Shown: one piece after another, positions 45,901-58,900 of the stretch
How positions within the stretch are numbered: position 1 is the stretch's first letter
Layout: each line of letters begins with the position of its first letter
Source of the DNA: Zootoca vivipara
Lineage: Eukaryota
DNA: 64,000 bases
Direction: 5' to 3'
NCBI RefSeq assembly: GCF_963506605.1
Contig: NC_083277.1
Location: 4,464,001-4,528,000 of the forward strand
Notes under the pieces: model-generated
Seen by the model: the letters and a program-made list of their open reading frames with translations, nothing else
What the model was told of the DNA's origin: nothing
Databases searched by the model: none
Program-made: the position numbers and the translations under genes

Positions 45901-47022
45901 CAATTGTTGCTTTCGTCCTCGATATTGCACCCTGAAGGTCCCCACCCCCATTGTAGGGACCTTACGTTTCTGGAAGTCCCGGAGGGTGAATGGGGCCGGC
46001 CTTAGTTTGGGACCCCCATTAGGGCACAGTTCCCTTAATGTTCGGGCCGAGATTATGGATAGAGTTGAACCCGTGTCCAGCTCCATGCGGCATGGGGCTC
46101 CCTCTATCTGTACCTCTATATAAATTTTCTCTGTGCTGGGATGGGGCAACTGGAATACCTGGTAGTCCGTGATCTCCGTCGAGTTGCCTTGGTGCATGGT
46201 GCCGTGTGACCTGGGGCTCCTGGGTCGGTCATCTGATGCTTGTCGACGGGTGAGTCGAGCCCGACACACCCGGGCGATGTGTCCCAATTTTCTGCACTGC
46301 CTGCACTCTGCGTTGCGGAAACGACAGGTCCTCCTCTCGTGGTTCTCCCCGCAGCTTGCACAGTTCCCTCCTTCTCGTCGAGGCTGCTGTGGTGTGTGTG
46401 CTGCTTGAGTGCGCCGCTGTACTCGGTGTACTTCCTCCCTGTCAGATTCGGATTCGTCGGTGAGGTCTTTGTGGTAGACCCTCGGTTGGGATGGCGGGGC
46501 CGGTCGTGCCTCTTGCGTTGACCTCTCGGCGGCTTCGGTTGCCAGGGCTTCCTCCAGAGCAATCTGGAACGTGAGGTCTTTTTTGGCGTAGAGGCGTCGT
46601 TGCAACATCTCGTCCCTCAGGCCACCGACGAGGCGGTCACGAAGCATGTTCTCCAATTCTGAGAAGTTGCATAACCGGGCGGCTTGGCGGAGGGAGGTCA
46701 CAAACCCAGTTATGGTTTCCCCTGGGGCTTGCCGCTTTGCGTAGAAGGCATTTCGGCAAGCTACCACCGAGGGCTGTGGTGAAAAGTGCTCCTTCAGCCG
46801 TTCCATTATTGTTTTGTAAGAGACGGTAGCGACATCTCTAGGTGCAAGGAGAGCCCGGGCGATTTCAAACGTCTCCTCTCCACAGACGCTGAAGAATGTC
46901 GCCCTCTTCATGGCATCGTTGGTGACTTCTTTCGCTTGCAGGAGGAAGTTGAAACGGGCGGCGTACCCTTCCCAGTCTCCTGATGCTGGTTTGAATGGCA
47001 AGAAGCTGCTGTCGGTTGCCAT
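42952..47022 (-). CDS. Gag-Pol polyprotein, 1356 aa (Gag with zinc knuckles, protease, RT, RNase H, integrase)
   Basis: CASCGENHERRTC and CRQCRKLGHIARVC; LDTGS; LDLAQAY...FFDD; CDASPYGIGAVL...TDHKPL; HETH...CQTC, VDF/SDNG/AER integrase triad; RT-RH-IN order is that of gypsy. Confidence 0.97.
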   Translation of the reverse strand: MATDSSFLPFKPASGDWEGYAARFNFLLQAKEVTNDAMKRATFFSVCGEETFEIARALLAPRDVATVSYKTIMERLKEHFSPQPSVVACRNAFYAKRQAPGETITGFVTSLRQAARLCNFSELENMLRDRLVGGLRDEMLQRRLYAKKDLTFQIALEEALATEAAERSTQEARPAPPSQPRVYHKDLTDESESDREEVHRVQRRTQAAHTPQQPRREGGNCASCGENHERRTCRFRNAECRQCRKLGHIARVCRARLTRRQASDDRPRSPRSHGTMHQGNSTEITDYQVFQLPHPSTEKIYIEVQIEGAPCRMELDTGSTLSIISARTLRELCPNGGPKLRPAPFTLRDFQKRKVPTMGVGTFRVQYRGRKQQLDLLVVKGPYVSLLGLAWFGPLGLAVTGVNRTSLQVDVDAICKEFPGVFDGALGRYTGPPIALQLDPAVRPIRHKARRVPFALKPRIDEELDRLVEQGVLEPVPNAPWETPIVTPVKPNGSVRICADYKCTINKALTAHAYPVPVVSHVLATLAGSKIFGKLDLAQAYQQLPVDEATAEAQTIVTHRGAFRVKRLQFGVSVAPGIFQNLMDSLLKGIPGVTPFFDDVLIAGPTPEEFEDRLRSVLHRFQTAGLKVKREKCLLGVPQVDFLGFKVDAEGVHPTGDKVRAICEAPAPKSKPELQSFLGLLNFYHAFLPHKAAVAEPLHRLLDKRAPWVWGQRQRAAFQAVKDLLVSNSVLAHFDERLPVVLACDASPYGIGAVLGHQLPDGREVPVAYFSQTLAAAERNYSQIDKEGLAIVKGVKKFHDFLYGRPFTIVTDHKPLLGLFAPEKQTPQVLSPRVLRWSIFLAGYQYALIHRPGKAMGHADALSRLPLPETGPDPAPAQEVMTLELLPDRPIQAQEVAHHSTKDRVISRVLDWVWRGWPSSSPGPEFAGYTNRKHELSAHKGCLLWGSRVIVPQPLRKRVLTALHETHPGVVRMKALARSYVWWPGIDREIEAWVQHCQTCKESRPDPPRAPVQPWESARHPWSRLHVDFAGPFQGKTFFIVVDSYTKWLEVALVPSTSTAAAIRVLRKLFATHGLPDTLVSDNGTAFTSEEFQTFTAQNAIRHIRSAPFHPATNGQAERMVRTTKDSLRRITQGDWEYRLAAFLLAQHSTPSTTTGRSPAELLMGRRLATRLDRLHPDRAQDEVVVGKGRNPRTFVAQDPVYAKNFGAGPAWVPATVTKVTGPVSYEVLTEGGQCWRRHCDQLRRRFPGGTREESGTEGSQGDSRAVRPVEREGWAGEAEAVGTEGRPEAGRTPEPESQPSGSVAPDQTAPAQPAASEHEPEPEPLTKEHPRPQRTRRRPADLGDYECNFPGRTGT

Positions 47023-47131
47023 TCTGGGTTCCTTGGGTCCTGGAGCTGAAGCCTGGATGCACGGTGCGATGCAGCGGTGCAGCAGGTGGCGGTGCTGCGG
47101 TGCAGTGCGTGGTGGCGGTCAGCTCAGCAGG

Positions 47132-47149
47132 ATCCCACCTTCGTTGCCA
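47132..47149 (-). other. Primer-binding site, probably tRNA-Ser(GCU)
   Basis: TGGCAACGAAGGTGGGAT one base from the 5' LTR; matches my recollection of vertebrate tRNA-Ser(GCU) 3' ends (...AUCCCACCUUCGUCGCCA) at 17 of 18 positions. Confidence 0.75.
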
Positions 47150-47905
47150 GTGAAATATACTCGGAGTCGAGAGTGAATTTCATGCTCTTTATTCAGCTCA
47201 TAGTCATCAAGGAGAAGAAGAGAAGACGAATGGCTCTTTTCCCAAAACCATCTGCTTATATACATTATTTACACAATGGGCCTTGCGTGATTGGCTACTT
47301 CAGGGCTACACCTGTGGGCCAATTATATTGTGGATTGACTTCTGCCTGCAGCCTGATTGGCTGCTCCTACAGGCCAACCAGGTAGCAGATTCACTTCTGC
47401 CAGCCGCCTGATTGGCTGCTCCAGCAGGCCAATCAGGTTGCGGATTCACTTCCACCTGGAGTTGGATTGGGTAGCTCCCGCTGATTCTGAATCCTATTGT
47501 TCTAGGATTCAGCTCAGTACATAACAGGTGGAATCTTCTTTCTTGTAATTAATTGGCACCTATGACTAGCTCACAAGAAAGATGCATGCTTTTCCTTGAC
47601 AGAAGAGGGAGACACTGGACAGAAATAGTGGCGGAAGGGGTTTGAAAAGGAAACAGTTGAAGGAAATCATCTTCCACCTTCGTACATAATAATTTCCCCT
47701 TTTAGACACAGTTTGTGAGTTGGTACAAGCCTTGCCTTTGCTCCTCAGCTTTCTCTTTCTTGGGTTACTTAATTCTAGCTGTATGCTTCATTGGGGAACT
47801 TGATTGGAAGTGCTACAGAATTGGCCTCCACCGTCACTTACGGACACATGGAAGACAATCTTACTTGGCTATGAGTGGTTACCGAAGAAGAAGCTGCAAT
47901 AAACA

Positions 47906-49200
47906 CTAATAATAATAATAATTTATTATTTATACCCCACCCATCTGGCCGGGTCCCCCTGCCACTCTGGGCGGCTTCCAACACACATTAAAATACGTTA
48001 AAATATCACAGATTAAAAACTTCCCTAAACAGGGCTGCCTTTAGGTATTTTCTAAATGTCAGGTAGTTGTTTATCTCTCTGACCTCTGATGGCAGGGCGT
48101 TCCACAGGGCAGGTGCCACTACCGAGAAGGCCCTCTGCCTGGTTCCCTGTAGCTTTGCTCGCAGTGAGGGAACCGCCAGAAGGCCCTCGGCGCTGGATCT
48201 CAGTATCTGGGCTGAACAATGGGGGTGGAGACGCTCCTTTAGGTATACAGGACCGAGGCCGTTTAGGGCTTTAAAGGTCAGCACCAACACTTTGAATTGT
48301 GCTTGGAAACGTACTGGGAGCCAATGTAGATCTCTCAGGACAGGTTATGTAGTCTCGGCGGCCGCTCCCAGTGACCAGTCTAGCTGCCGCATTCTGGATT
48401 AATTGCAGTTTCCGGGTCACCTTCAAGGGTAGCCCCACGTAGAGCACATTGCAGTAGTCCAAGTGGGAGATAACTAGAGCATGCACTACTCTGGTGAGAC
48501 AGTCTGTGGGCAGGTAGGGTCTCAGCCTGCGTACCAGATGGAGCTGGTAGACAGCCTCCCTGGACACAGAATTAACCTGCACCTCCATGGACAGCTGTGA
48601 GTCCAAAATTACTCCCAGGCTGCGCACCTGGTCCCTCAGGGGCACACTTATCCCATTCAGGACCAGGGAGTCCCCCACACCCGCCCGCCTCCTGTCCCCC
48701 AGAAACAGTACTTCAGTCTTGTCAGGATTCAACCTCAATCTGTTAACCGCCATCCATCCTCCAACCGCCTCCAGGCACTCACACAGGACATTCACTGCCC
48801 TCACTGGGACTGATTTTAAAGAGAGGTAGAGCTGGGTGTCATCTACATACTGATGAACACCCAGCCCCAACCCCCTGATTATCTCTCCCAGCGGCTTCAT
48901 ATAGATATTAAAAAGCATGGGGGAGAGGACGGATCCCTGAGGCACCCCACAACTGAGAGCCCAGGGGTCTGAACACTCATCCCCCAACACCACTTTCTGG
49001 ACATGACCCTGGAGAAAGGAGCGGAACCACTGTATGACAGTTCCCCCAGCTCCCAGCTCCTCTAGACGGTGCAGAAGGATGTTATGGTCAATGGTGTCAA
49101 AGGCCGCTGAGAGATCCAGCAGAACTAGGAAACAGTTGTCACCTTTGTCCCTAGCCCGCTGGAGATCATCAACCAGTGCTACCAAGGCAGTTTCAGTCCC
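47906..49200 (-). mobile_element. L2 LINE fragment (RT to 3' tail)
   Basis: GTETAL, LLDLSAAFDTIDH, GVPQGSVLSP, YVDD. Confidence 0.93.
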
Positions 49201-49420
49201 ATGTAAGGCCTGCACTCAGTTGGCCAGACTTCCAACCAATACGGTCATCATCCCACAAGAAAAAACTGGTCTTATGCTGACGGGCAGGACAGTGGAATGG
49301 GGCTACCCAACAGACATGTTTCTGCATAGTCCTGGGCAGGGTAGCAGGAGAGGGATGAATCCCCCTTCCCAGTTCATATATAGCCTAAAAGTAAAACCAT
49401 TTCAATCCTGCCTCTTCTGC

Positions 49421-49655
49421 AAGTGTTTCTTCATTTCAAAGTTTGCAAAGTTCAGTCACACAACCCATCGCTGACCCATCTCAAACTCTGAAATCCCATC
49501 GGTGATTTCTTGCAAACATGTTTCCCCTCCAGTTCTGCACCTGCACAGACAGACCTGGCAGTTGCAGTGGTAAACTTTATTTCTCATATAATTATGAAAA
49601 TTATAGTGATTTATTCTTCTCCTGAAACCAAAACTCCAGGGATTTCTCCAGAGCT
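49421..49655 (+). promoter_or_regulatory. Conserved V2R upstream module, copy for V2R-3
   Basis: CACCTG 49538-49543, TAATTA 49589-49594, actccagggatttctccagag. Confidence 0.55.
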
Positions 49656-49871
49656 CAGTAAACATCCACCATCAAGGGTCGTATGAGTCAACTTATCCCA
49701 TGGATTGCAAAGTGACATAAACCCTTCTCAAAATTATAAATAAATATTGTTTATTAATAAGCCTGAGGTGAGATTTCGGGCAGGCTGGGTCTATGCCAGT
49801 TTATTCCACTGCCTTTAAATCTGAATCAATGGCTGGTCTGAATGGAGGTGACTGTCTCTGGTGCTGCTAGA

Positions 49872-52800
49872 ATGATATCCCTGCTCCTGCTGGTAATGTG
49901 CCAGGCAGTCTGGGGGATGCAGAAGGCAAAATGCTCGTTCAATCTCTCCTTGTATTCACAGGAACCAGTGAATTATTATAGGTTAGGAGACTACCTTGTG
50001 AGTGGAGTCGTCTCTCCAAAACTTGCTGTATTGGAACCCTATGTTTTCTCCCAGCCACCTTTCATTGGGTTTCTTGAGTAAGTAACTACATGCTGAAGGA
50101 GGTGATTGCGCCCCACCTGCATTCTGACTGACCCCAGCTAACAGGGGGTGAAAGACTATATTGGTGTGAGTTGGGGGGAAGGTGTTGGGCAGCCAGGCCA
50201 GTTTCTTGATAATAATGGGTGGGTCACCCTCCCACAACTGGCTGGTAGGTAGGTAGAAAGATGAAGACACCTGGAGACACCTGGCTTGAGAGCAGTACAT
50301 GTGAAAAGGATCTAGGAGTCTTGGTAGACCACAAACTGGACATGAGTCAACAGTGTGATGCAGCAGCTAAAAAAGCCAATGCAATTCTGGGCTGCATCAA
50401 TAGGAGTATAGCATCTAGATCAAGGGAAGTAATAGTACCACTGTATTCTGCTCTGGTCAGACCTCACCTGGAGTACTGTGTCCAGCTCTGGGCACCACAG
50501 TTCAAGAAGGATACTGACAAGCTGGAACGTGTCCAGAAGAGGGCAACCAAAATGGTCAAAGGCCTGGAAACGATGCCTTATGAGGAACGGCTTAGGGAGC
50601 TGGGTATGTTTAGCCTGGAGAAGAGAAGGTTAAGGGGTCATACGATAGCCATATTCAAATATATTAAAAGGATGTCATATAGAGGAGGGAGAAAGGTTGT
50701 TTTCTGCTGCTCCAGAGAAGCGGACATGGAGCAATGGATTCAAACTACAAGAAAGAAGATTCCACCTCAACATTAGGAAGAACTTCCTGACAGTAAGAGC
50801 TGTTCGACAGTGGAATTTGCTGCCAAGGAGTGTGGTGGAGTCTCCTTCTGTGGAGGTCTTTAGGCATATGTCAAGAATGCTTTGATGGTGTTTCCTGCTT
50901 GGCAGGGGGTTGGACTGGATGGCCCTTGTGGTCTCTTCCAACTCTATGATTCTTAAATAAACCATATATCAAAAGCGCCTGGAACCCCTTGAATCTTGCG
51001 CCGCTCAGAGGTTTAGGTAAATTCAACAGCATTATCTGTTTCCCTGGTCAACCACTCTTCTTACTTTCGCCCTGAGTTTAGTGCAATGCTATTTTTCTAA
51101 TGAAAGAGGTGTAATGGCCCCCACCTACCTACCAACAATGGCGATGGCACCCACCTGAGAGGTTCTGGAACTGAGTTCCAGTGAGCTCTGGCTGGTGGGG
51201 GGAAAAGCCCTGGTTTAGTGCATACGACGGCCGCACAGGAGCACAGTGCGTCATCAGGCAAATAATTTCTGATTCAAATCTTTCAGAAAACATGTGGGGT
51301 TTTTTATTTTTGATTTTCCCTTCCCTCTCTGAAGGACCCAACCCCTACCCTATAGCTACTGGTAGAGTTAGTGCCCCAGTTGTGACACTGTGAAACTGAA
51401 TGGCAAATACTAGGGTTGCCATATTTCAATAAGTGAAAGTTATTGAGAGTTCTTGCTCTTTTGGGGGCAAAGTTGTTCAGCCTTTTGGCTAAATCTTTCA
51501 AAAAAAATGTACAAAAAATGTACAAAAACAAGATATTATACAAACATATGAAGTCATAGAGGGAGTGGTCCGTAATGTCTCATATCCAGGAACTCATATT
51601 CAAGTTATTCTAACAGGTCTCTCCTCAATGAGACATGGATGCCTGGAACAGGTGATATATTCAAAAGATCTTGAGCCCATTGAAGAAGTCTTACCAATTA
51701 CCTGCAACGACACCCTCCTTATTATCATGTCTTAATTCTTGTACTTGCTTTCTTCGCTTATCTAATAAAGCAAAACAGTACATATTCCATTATACTTCCA
51801 TTATACTCTTCATTTATTAAAGAAAGAATGTGGCATCTTGTTTCCACTGAGAGAAAAATGGGAGGTTGTCATAACTGTTTGTTTGTTTGTTTTGCTTGCT
51901 TGTAGAACTTCTCCTACAAGATACTGGCATGTCCTGTCTTTCTTATTTGCCATTCATGAAATCAATCAGGACCCCAATCTCTTACTCAACATCACCCTCG
52001 GATACAACCTCTTTGACACCTATTTTGATGGCAGGCTGGTTTCCGCTGCCATGATAAACCTGCGTTCTACTGGAGAAAAGAGTGTTCCAAACTATTTCTG
52101 TGGAACAAGGAAGAATGCATTGACTGTTATTGAAAGGGCTGAATCTGACATCTCCATCCAGATTTCAAGCATGGCAGGCATTTATAAAATCCCACAGGTA
52201 TGGACTTGGAGATTCCATAATAGTGGATGGTTTCTTTCGATGCCTCCCACTTTTCTTTCTCCCATCCGGACGTCGGTACAGGACTCCATATACTAAAAGG
52301 TCTAGGCACAGGAATACCAGTAGCATTTTTCCTTGTGCCATCAAATTGTTGAATCTGTAGTTGTGGGTTGAAGGGAGGTCAGTTGGTGGTATGGGGTCTT
52401 TTCAATGTGCTGTTGTATTGTGAGGTTGTATGAATAGTGGTTGTATGAGGTACTTTCTTATTTTCTTTACATTGCAATGTAGTTGAAGGAAAATTCCAAG
52501 TATGGTTGATACTTGGCCAATAAATTATTCTATTCTATTCTATTCTATTATTCCTGATGGAATTGTCTGTATTTGTGCCTTCGATATTTCAGCTGTAAGA
52601 AACTTCCACCCATCTTGGACTCCCTTCTCTGGGCTCTCACCCAGTAGTTCCTTAAGCTTTTTGAAATCAGCCTTCCTCGTGCAGAGTGCATATCCCTTTC
52701 CTCTGTATAATGAAACCCAGGAACATGACGATTGCCACCCCCCTCAAGCTTCCCAATACTTGCCAATTCATGGCGCAGTTCCTCCCTGCTAGTGAGAGCC

Positions 52801-55800
52801 AAGTCCAAGATAGATGATGATCCCCTTGTTGTTTCTTCCACCTCCTTGGAAAGGAAATTGTGAGTGGGGCAATGGAAGCATTGGTTGGACCTTACATTCT
52901 TGGCAGGGTTTGAGTTCCAACAGATATTGGGATGGTTGAAGTCTCCCATTACTATTGTATCTCTCCTTTTTGAATGCATTGATGATAATCTGCTCTAGGA
53001 AGGCATCATCCAAGTCTTCAGTCCGGCTTGGAGGTCTATAATTCTGTTCATAAGAAGAACAAATATTTTACAGCACAAGAGAGATTTAATCAATGCTCTT
53101 AATGTTTCTCATATGTTTATACATTGTTATACGTTGTTTGGTTTTGTAAAAAAAAGTTATTTCACACACACACAAAAATAAGAATATTAATAAATAAAAA
53201 ATAGAATGATCATCCAAAGAGATGTTTAAATCTTGTCCACCCTGCATAAACATATGTAGAACTAATTATTATTATTTTTCAAATCAATTTTTATTAAATT
53301 TCTCACTTACAACCAATTATATCATACCAATTATTCCAAATTATACAAATGCATATCCATTAATCCCAATATTATGCCAAATTATAAAAATTTCTTGACC
53401 TCCCACGCTTCAAATTCTGAGGAATTTTGAGGGTTCTGATCATCGATAATTACTGCCTTTCTAGTCAATGAAATCCAAATCTTTTCCAATCATTGTAGTC
53501 CAAAAATAATCCAGATCTTTTTCAACAGTTCTATTGCAATCCTTCGATCTTCTCACAGCCTCTGAGGTGTTCTCAAGCGAGATTAAATATATGTGGAACT
53601 AATTAAGAGGGTGAGGACAGCAGACGAAGAGAGAAGCCCAGAGAGAAGGCACAACCAGGAATTTACTCAACACAAAAAGTATATATAGACAGACCAGGAG
53701 GGTCTGAGAGAATTCGGAGTTGAAACAAAGCTTATATAAATAAAGTTGCATGTTTTATAATGCTCCTACTTGATTCTGAACGATAATCAACACCACTTGA
53801 AATGCAGGCACAAAGTCTCTGTCCATCCACAAGCCTATGCCTTAGTTTAGCAGATTTTTGAATGATATTCAATACCATCTCATGAAAGTGATGTTTCTCC
53901 TAAGTATTCAAGACACTCCCCCCCCTTCTCTCTGGACACACACACAGAAGCTAGTGTGCTGAAGAAGAACAATATATAGCCTTAAAACCACCATTTACAG
54001 TGGGCTCAGTGAAGGTAAGGAGGAGGTTCAGCCCTCATCATAGCTGCCAAGTCTCTCGTTTTTCACGGGAAACCCCAGGATTTTAATCCATTTCCCGCTG
54101 TTATCCCGAATAGAAAAAAATCCCAGAAAACCCCCAGATTTCCTACCTGCCAGGGAGGCTCCATTTCAGGTGCCGCTCTGCCCATGTCTGGGCACTAGAA
54201 ATCAGGCAGCGCCGGCACCGGAAGTTGCTTCTATGCATGTCCAGAAGCAACTTCTGGTGCCGCACCGCTGCTGATCCCGCATTTTTCAACAGGAGACTTG
54301 GCAGCTATGGCCCTCATAGTGGTGTCCTCAAAGATACTTCTTTTTTATCTGTTAGTGAAATGAAAGGTTATCCATTACTCATCCTCCGCTGACAAGTTGA
54401 ACTCTTTCAGGTTTTTGTTTCTTATGAACAGATGTTGTTGTTTAGTCGTTTAGTCATGTCCATGACCCCATGGACCACTGCACGCCAGGCACTCCTGTCT
54501 TCCACTGCCTCCCACAGTTTGGTCAAACTCATATTGGTGGCTTCGAGAACACTGTCCAACCCTCTCATCCTCTGTCGTCCCCTTCTCATTTTGTCCTCCA
54601 TCTTACCCAACATCAGGGTCTTTTCCAAGGATTCTTCTCTTCTCATGAGGTGGCCAAAGTATTGGAGCCTCAGCTTCAGGATCTGTCCTTCCAGTAAGCA
54701 CTCAGGGCTGATTTCATTCAGAATGGATAGGTTTGATCTTCTTGCAGTTCATGGGACTCAAGAGTCTCCTCCAGCACCATAATTCAAAAGCATCAATTCT
54801 TCGATGATCAGCCTTCTTTATGGTCCAGCTCTCACATCCATACATCACTACTGGGAAAACCATAGCTGAAAGGGTATGATCATATACCTGGTATTCTTTC
54901 TTTCCTCACTAGGTCAGTTATGGTTTTGCTCTTGATGATAAAATTTGCTTCCCTTTTGTCTACCGGATGATCCCAAAGGAAGAAATCCAGTACAAGGGGA
55001 TTATCCAACTTCTCCTGCAGTTTGGATGGACGTGGATTGGCCTATTTGCTCCAGACAATGACAATGGAGAAAGGTTCTTGAATGCCTTGACACCGTTGAT
55101 GACTAGCAGTGGAATTTGTTTTGCCTTCTCGGAAAGAATACAACACCAGACAGTGTACCAAATGAATCAACTACCTGCCAGGTGGAGACAAGTCAATGTA
55201 TATGTTTATTATGGGGACTCATATTATGATTTTATGCCAATATTCCACATACAGGAAATATTTGAAAATTTACAAACTGGGGGTAAAGTCTGGATCACAA
55301 CAGCTTTTCCAGACATCAACATGAATTTGAGTTATGATATTGATTTCTTCATCTACACCCATGGTTCTTTGTCCTTCACAATGAAGACTAGAAAATGGAC
55401 AAAATGTGACCACTATGAGCCATTCTCTGACAAAATACAACAATTTTGGGAGGAATCATTTCACTGTTCATGTCCAGAGAATGTGTTGCCCACGAAAGGC
55501 TGGACAAGATGCACAGAGAAAGAGAAACTGAAGGTTCTTCCCCAAGAGGAGATTGAAAGGGTCCTGTCTCAAGACAGCTACGTTACTTACAGCAGTGTCA
55601 AAGCCATGGCACTTGCCTTAAATTCTGCCTATTCTTCCAGATCCAAGCAGGTGTTGATGATGAGTAGAGGAGAAAGTTGGGGACATGGAAGACTACAGCC
55701 ATGGCAGGTATTCCCTTTTGTTAATTGCAACCCACTGTCTAATTCTGGAATCATTGTCCTTCACTTACACGGCGCCCCAAATCTGTTGCTTCAAGTGGCT

Positions 55801-55905
55801 GGCTTCACCCTACCTGATATTAGAATACGACCTTAGGGTTCACACTGAGTTTTTATATGTGATGAAGCTGGCTCAGCTGATCTCCAAAATATTGAAGGAG
55901 AAAGT

Positions 55906-55946
<41 letters not shown>

Positions 55947-58900
55947 CAATTTAAGAATGAATCTCAGATTTGACTGTGGAAAGCCAACAGCAGTCAACCA
56001 CTATGAGTCCAAATGTGACACTGGTCCCAATCCATAGGAGATTAGAGTGCAATATACAACCGGCTTCAGTGCTTTCTTAATGCTGGTGTTTTCTCTGTCA
56101 TCCCAGCTCCACCATTTCTTAAGGAAAGTCCAGTTGTTTAACACCTCCAGGGGTGGATTGTATTCGGATGAGAATGGAGAGCTGGCAGCTGACTATGATA
56201 TTGTGAACTGGGTGCTGTTTCCCAATGAATCTCGTGGCAGAGTGAAAGTTGGGAGTGTAGAGAGACAGGCAGCCTCACATTTAAAGCTCACTGTTAACCC
56301 AGAAGCCATTGTCTGGCCTTCACATTTCAACAAGGTAGGCAGAATGAATTGATTGCCTGTCCCTTGGTGGTATACAGGTGAAACTTGGAAAATTAGAATA
56401 TCGTCGAAAAGTGCATTTATTTCAGTAAATGCAACTTAAAAGGTGAAACCAATATATGAGATAGACGCATGACATGCAAAGCAAGATATGTCAAGCCTTT
56501 ATTTGTTGTAATTGTAATTATTTGTCGTTAGGCAGGTCAATTATAAATGGGATGTAATTAATGAAATGTAATAGCGATGTTTATTTTTGTTTATTTTTGT
56601 ATTGTTGTAACTATTTGTTTTATTACTGTGGAATCTCCAAAAGAAAGCATTTGTAAAAATTTAAAGAAAAATAAAAAAATAAAAAATTGCATTACTAAAA
56701 TTAATGCACTTTTCAACGATATTCTAATTTTTCGTTTCACCTGTATATTAAGCTCAAATAATTTACAGGGTTTATTCTTTATGATTCAGAAAATGAACTT
56801 ATTCCTATCCGATTGATTTTTGCATGACTCTAGGGCTGATCTCAGGGATTATAGAATGAGCAGAGAGCCTTTTCAAGTTTATGTAGCTGAGTTATCTACT
56901 TGAGCATGTGTTTTGCTGTCTTTCCATTCCATTGTGGACTGACCGGAGGAATACATTTGAAACAGGGATTTCCATCCGGTGATCTCAATGTCCCACTTGG
57001 ATTTCACATGACTGGATCACTGCCGCTATGGTTTGAATGATTATGAGCAATGCAACAACACTCCCGGTAATGTGGGCAGTTTTTTCCAGTCTGTGGATTA
57101 TCCTTCAGCAACACATACACTTGTAGACATTCTTTTCTCTTTATTGAATGAAGGAACGTTTGGATGGAACTTGGTTTTGAGACATCCCATATTGCACTTG
57201 AACCTGATTTTGGTATTGAGTACATTATGTAAAAGCTATATTTAATGAAATGGAAACTTATTTTTACATTTTGTCTTTGGAAATTTCTATATAATTGCAT
57301 ACAGAGTTGTGTGAGCTGTGTTTCTTTAATGTAATATGTGCATGATCTGAGTGGCAACTGGACACTGGATTCCAAAAGTCACCAGTCACCCTCTGACTCG
57401 GTGCCCTCCTTCCAGTGCCAATAAAACTGTCAGATATTCCCTTTTCTTAACAACTATTTCCTCTCCTAGCTTAGTATCCAACACATGATCTTTCCTTGGC
57501 CCTCTGCTCTGCCATAATTGGAGCAGCAAAATTATGTATGCCAAAGTACTTTCTAAGCCACAGGTCAGCAAGGTTTACCTTGCCTGGGCCGGATCAGTCC
57601 CGCGGAGATCCCTCCGTGGGCCGGATAGCATGCCCAAATGAGTGCAAGCGCCTGCGGTTTCTGGAGTCTGTGCATGCACACCCACGATTTTCGGGGTCTG
57701 CGTCTGCACAGATGTGATTTCTGGTGCCGCAGAAGCGAGTCGCCATGCCGCACTGCGCCGGTTTAGCGCAGCGTGCCAGGACTCGCTGAGCGGGCAGCTC
57801 GGTTCTGGGGCAGCTCGTGGGCCGATTAAATGGCCTCCGTGGGCCGCTTCCAGCCTATAGGCCGCACGTTGCCGACCACTGTAAGCCATGCACTAGTCAA
57901 GTGCATCAACAATATTTACCTAAAAGGGAGGGGGGTAGGGGAATCCATTAGGGTCACTCCAAACCCTATGACTGACTTCCATACCCTAACAGTTTCCCTT
58001 CAATGCTCCTTCACTTTATGGTTAGACAATGCCTCACGCCAGGTGTACCAAAAGCTGTCAACCTGGATATGCCAAGGTGGTTCAAGAAGGACAACCGGTT
58101 TGCTGCTACGCTTGTGCTTCGTGTACGGAAGGGACAATCTCCACCCAGGAAGGTGGGTGACTCCAGGGGGGGAGGGAATTCCTTGGGAGAACAGAAATAG
58201 GGCAGAGACCACATAACACCGGTCCTAAGAGACCTACATTGGCTCCCAGTACGTTTCTGAGCACAATTCAAAGTGTTGGTGCTGACCTTTAAAGCCCTAA
58301 ACGGCCTCGGCCCAGTATCCCTGAAGGAGCGTCTCCACCCCCATTGTTCAGCCCGGACACTGAGGTCCAGCGCCGAGGGCCTTCTGGCGGTTCCCTCACT
58401 GCGAGAAGCCAAGTTACAGGGAACCAGGCAGAGGGCCTTCTCGGTAGTGGCACCCACCCTGTGGAACACCCTCCCATCAGATGTCAAGGAGATAAACAAC
58501 TACCTGACAGGTAGGTAGCCGTGTTGGTCTGAGTCGAAGCAAAATTAAAAAATTCCTTCAGTAGCACCTTAAAGACCAACTAAGTTTATATTTTGGTATG
58601 AGCTTTCGTAGAAGTGTGCATGCACACGAAAGCTCATACCAAAATATAAACTTAGTTGGTCTTTAAGGTGCTACTGAAGGAATTTTTTTATTTAACTACC
58701 TGACATTTAGAAAACAGCTAAAGGCAGCCCTGTTTAGGGAAGTTTTTAATCTGTGATATTTTAATGTATTTTGGTATTTGTTGGAAGCCGCCCAGAGTGG
58801 CCGGGGAAACCCAGCCAGATGGGCGGGGTATAAATAATAAATAAATAAATAATGATAATCCAATAAAAGGCTGACAATGAAAACAGTAAGAGAAAAAAAG

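Larger units (their letters stand above)
42566..47526 (-). mobile_element. Full-length Ty3/gypsy LTR retrotransposon (Mag-like), 4961 bp
   Basis: LTRs 42566-42941 and 47151-47526 (376 bp, TG...CA, one mismatch seen); TSD GGTGG; PBS 47132-47149; PPT gaggggagggg 42942-42952; single gag-pol ORF. Confidence 0.97.

Noticed and set aside
43016-46983. Plus-strand ORFs overlapping the gypsy ORF, and antisense ORFs over V2R and ZF exons
   Set aside because: Shadow frames of GC-rich or repetitive coding sequence.
51510-51740. Short open frame in V2R-3 intron 1 as a retrocopy
   Set aside because: No recognisable protein, poly(A) tail or TSD.
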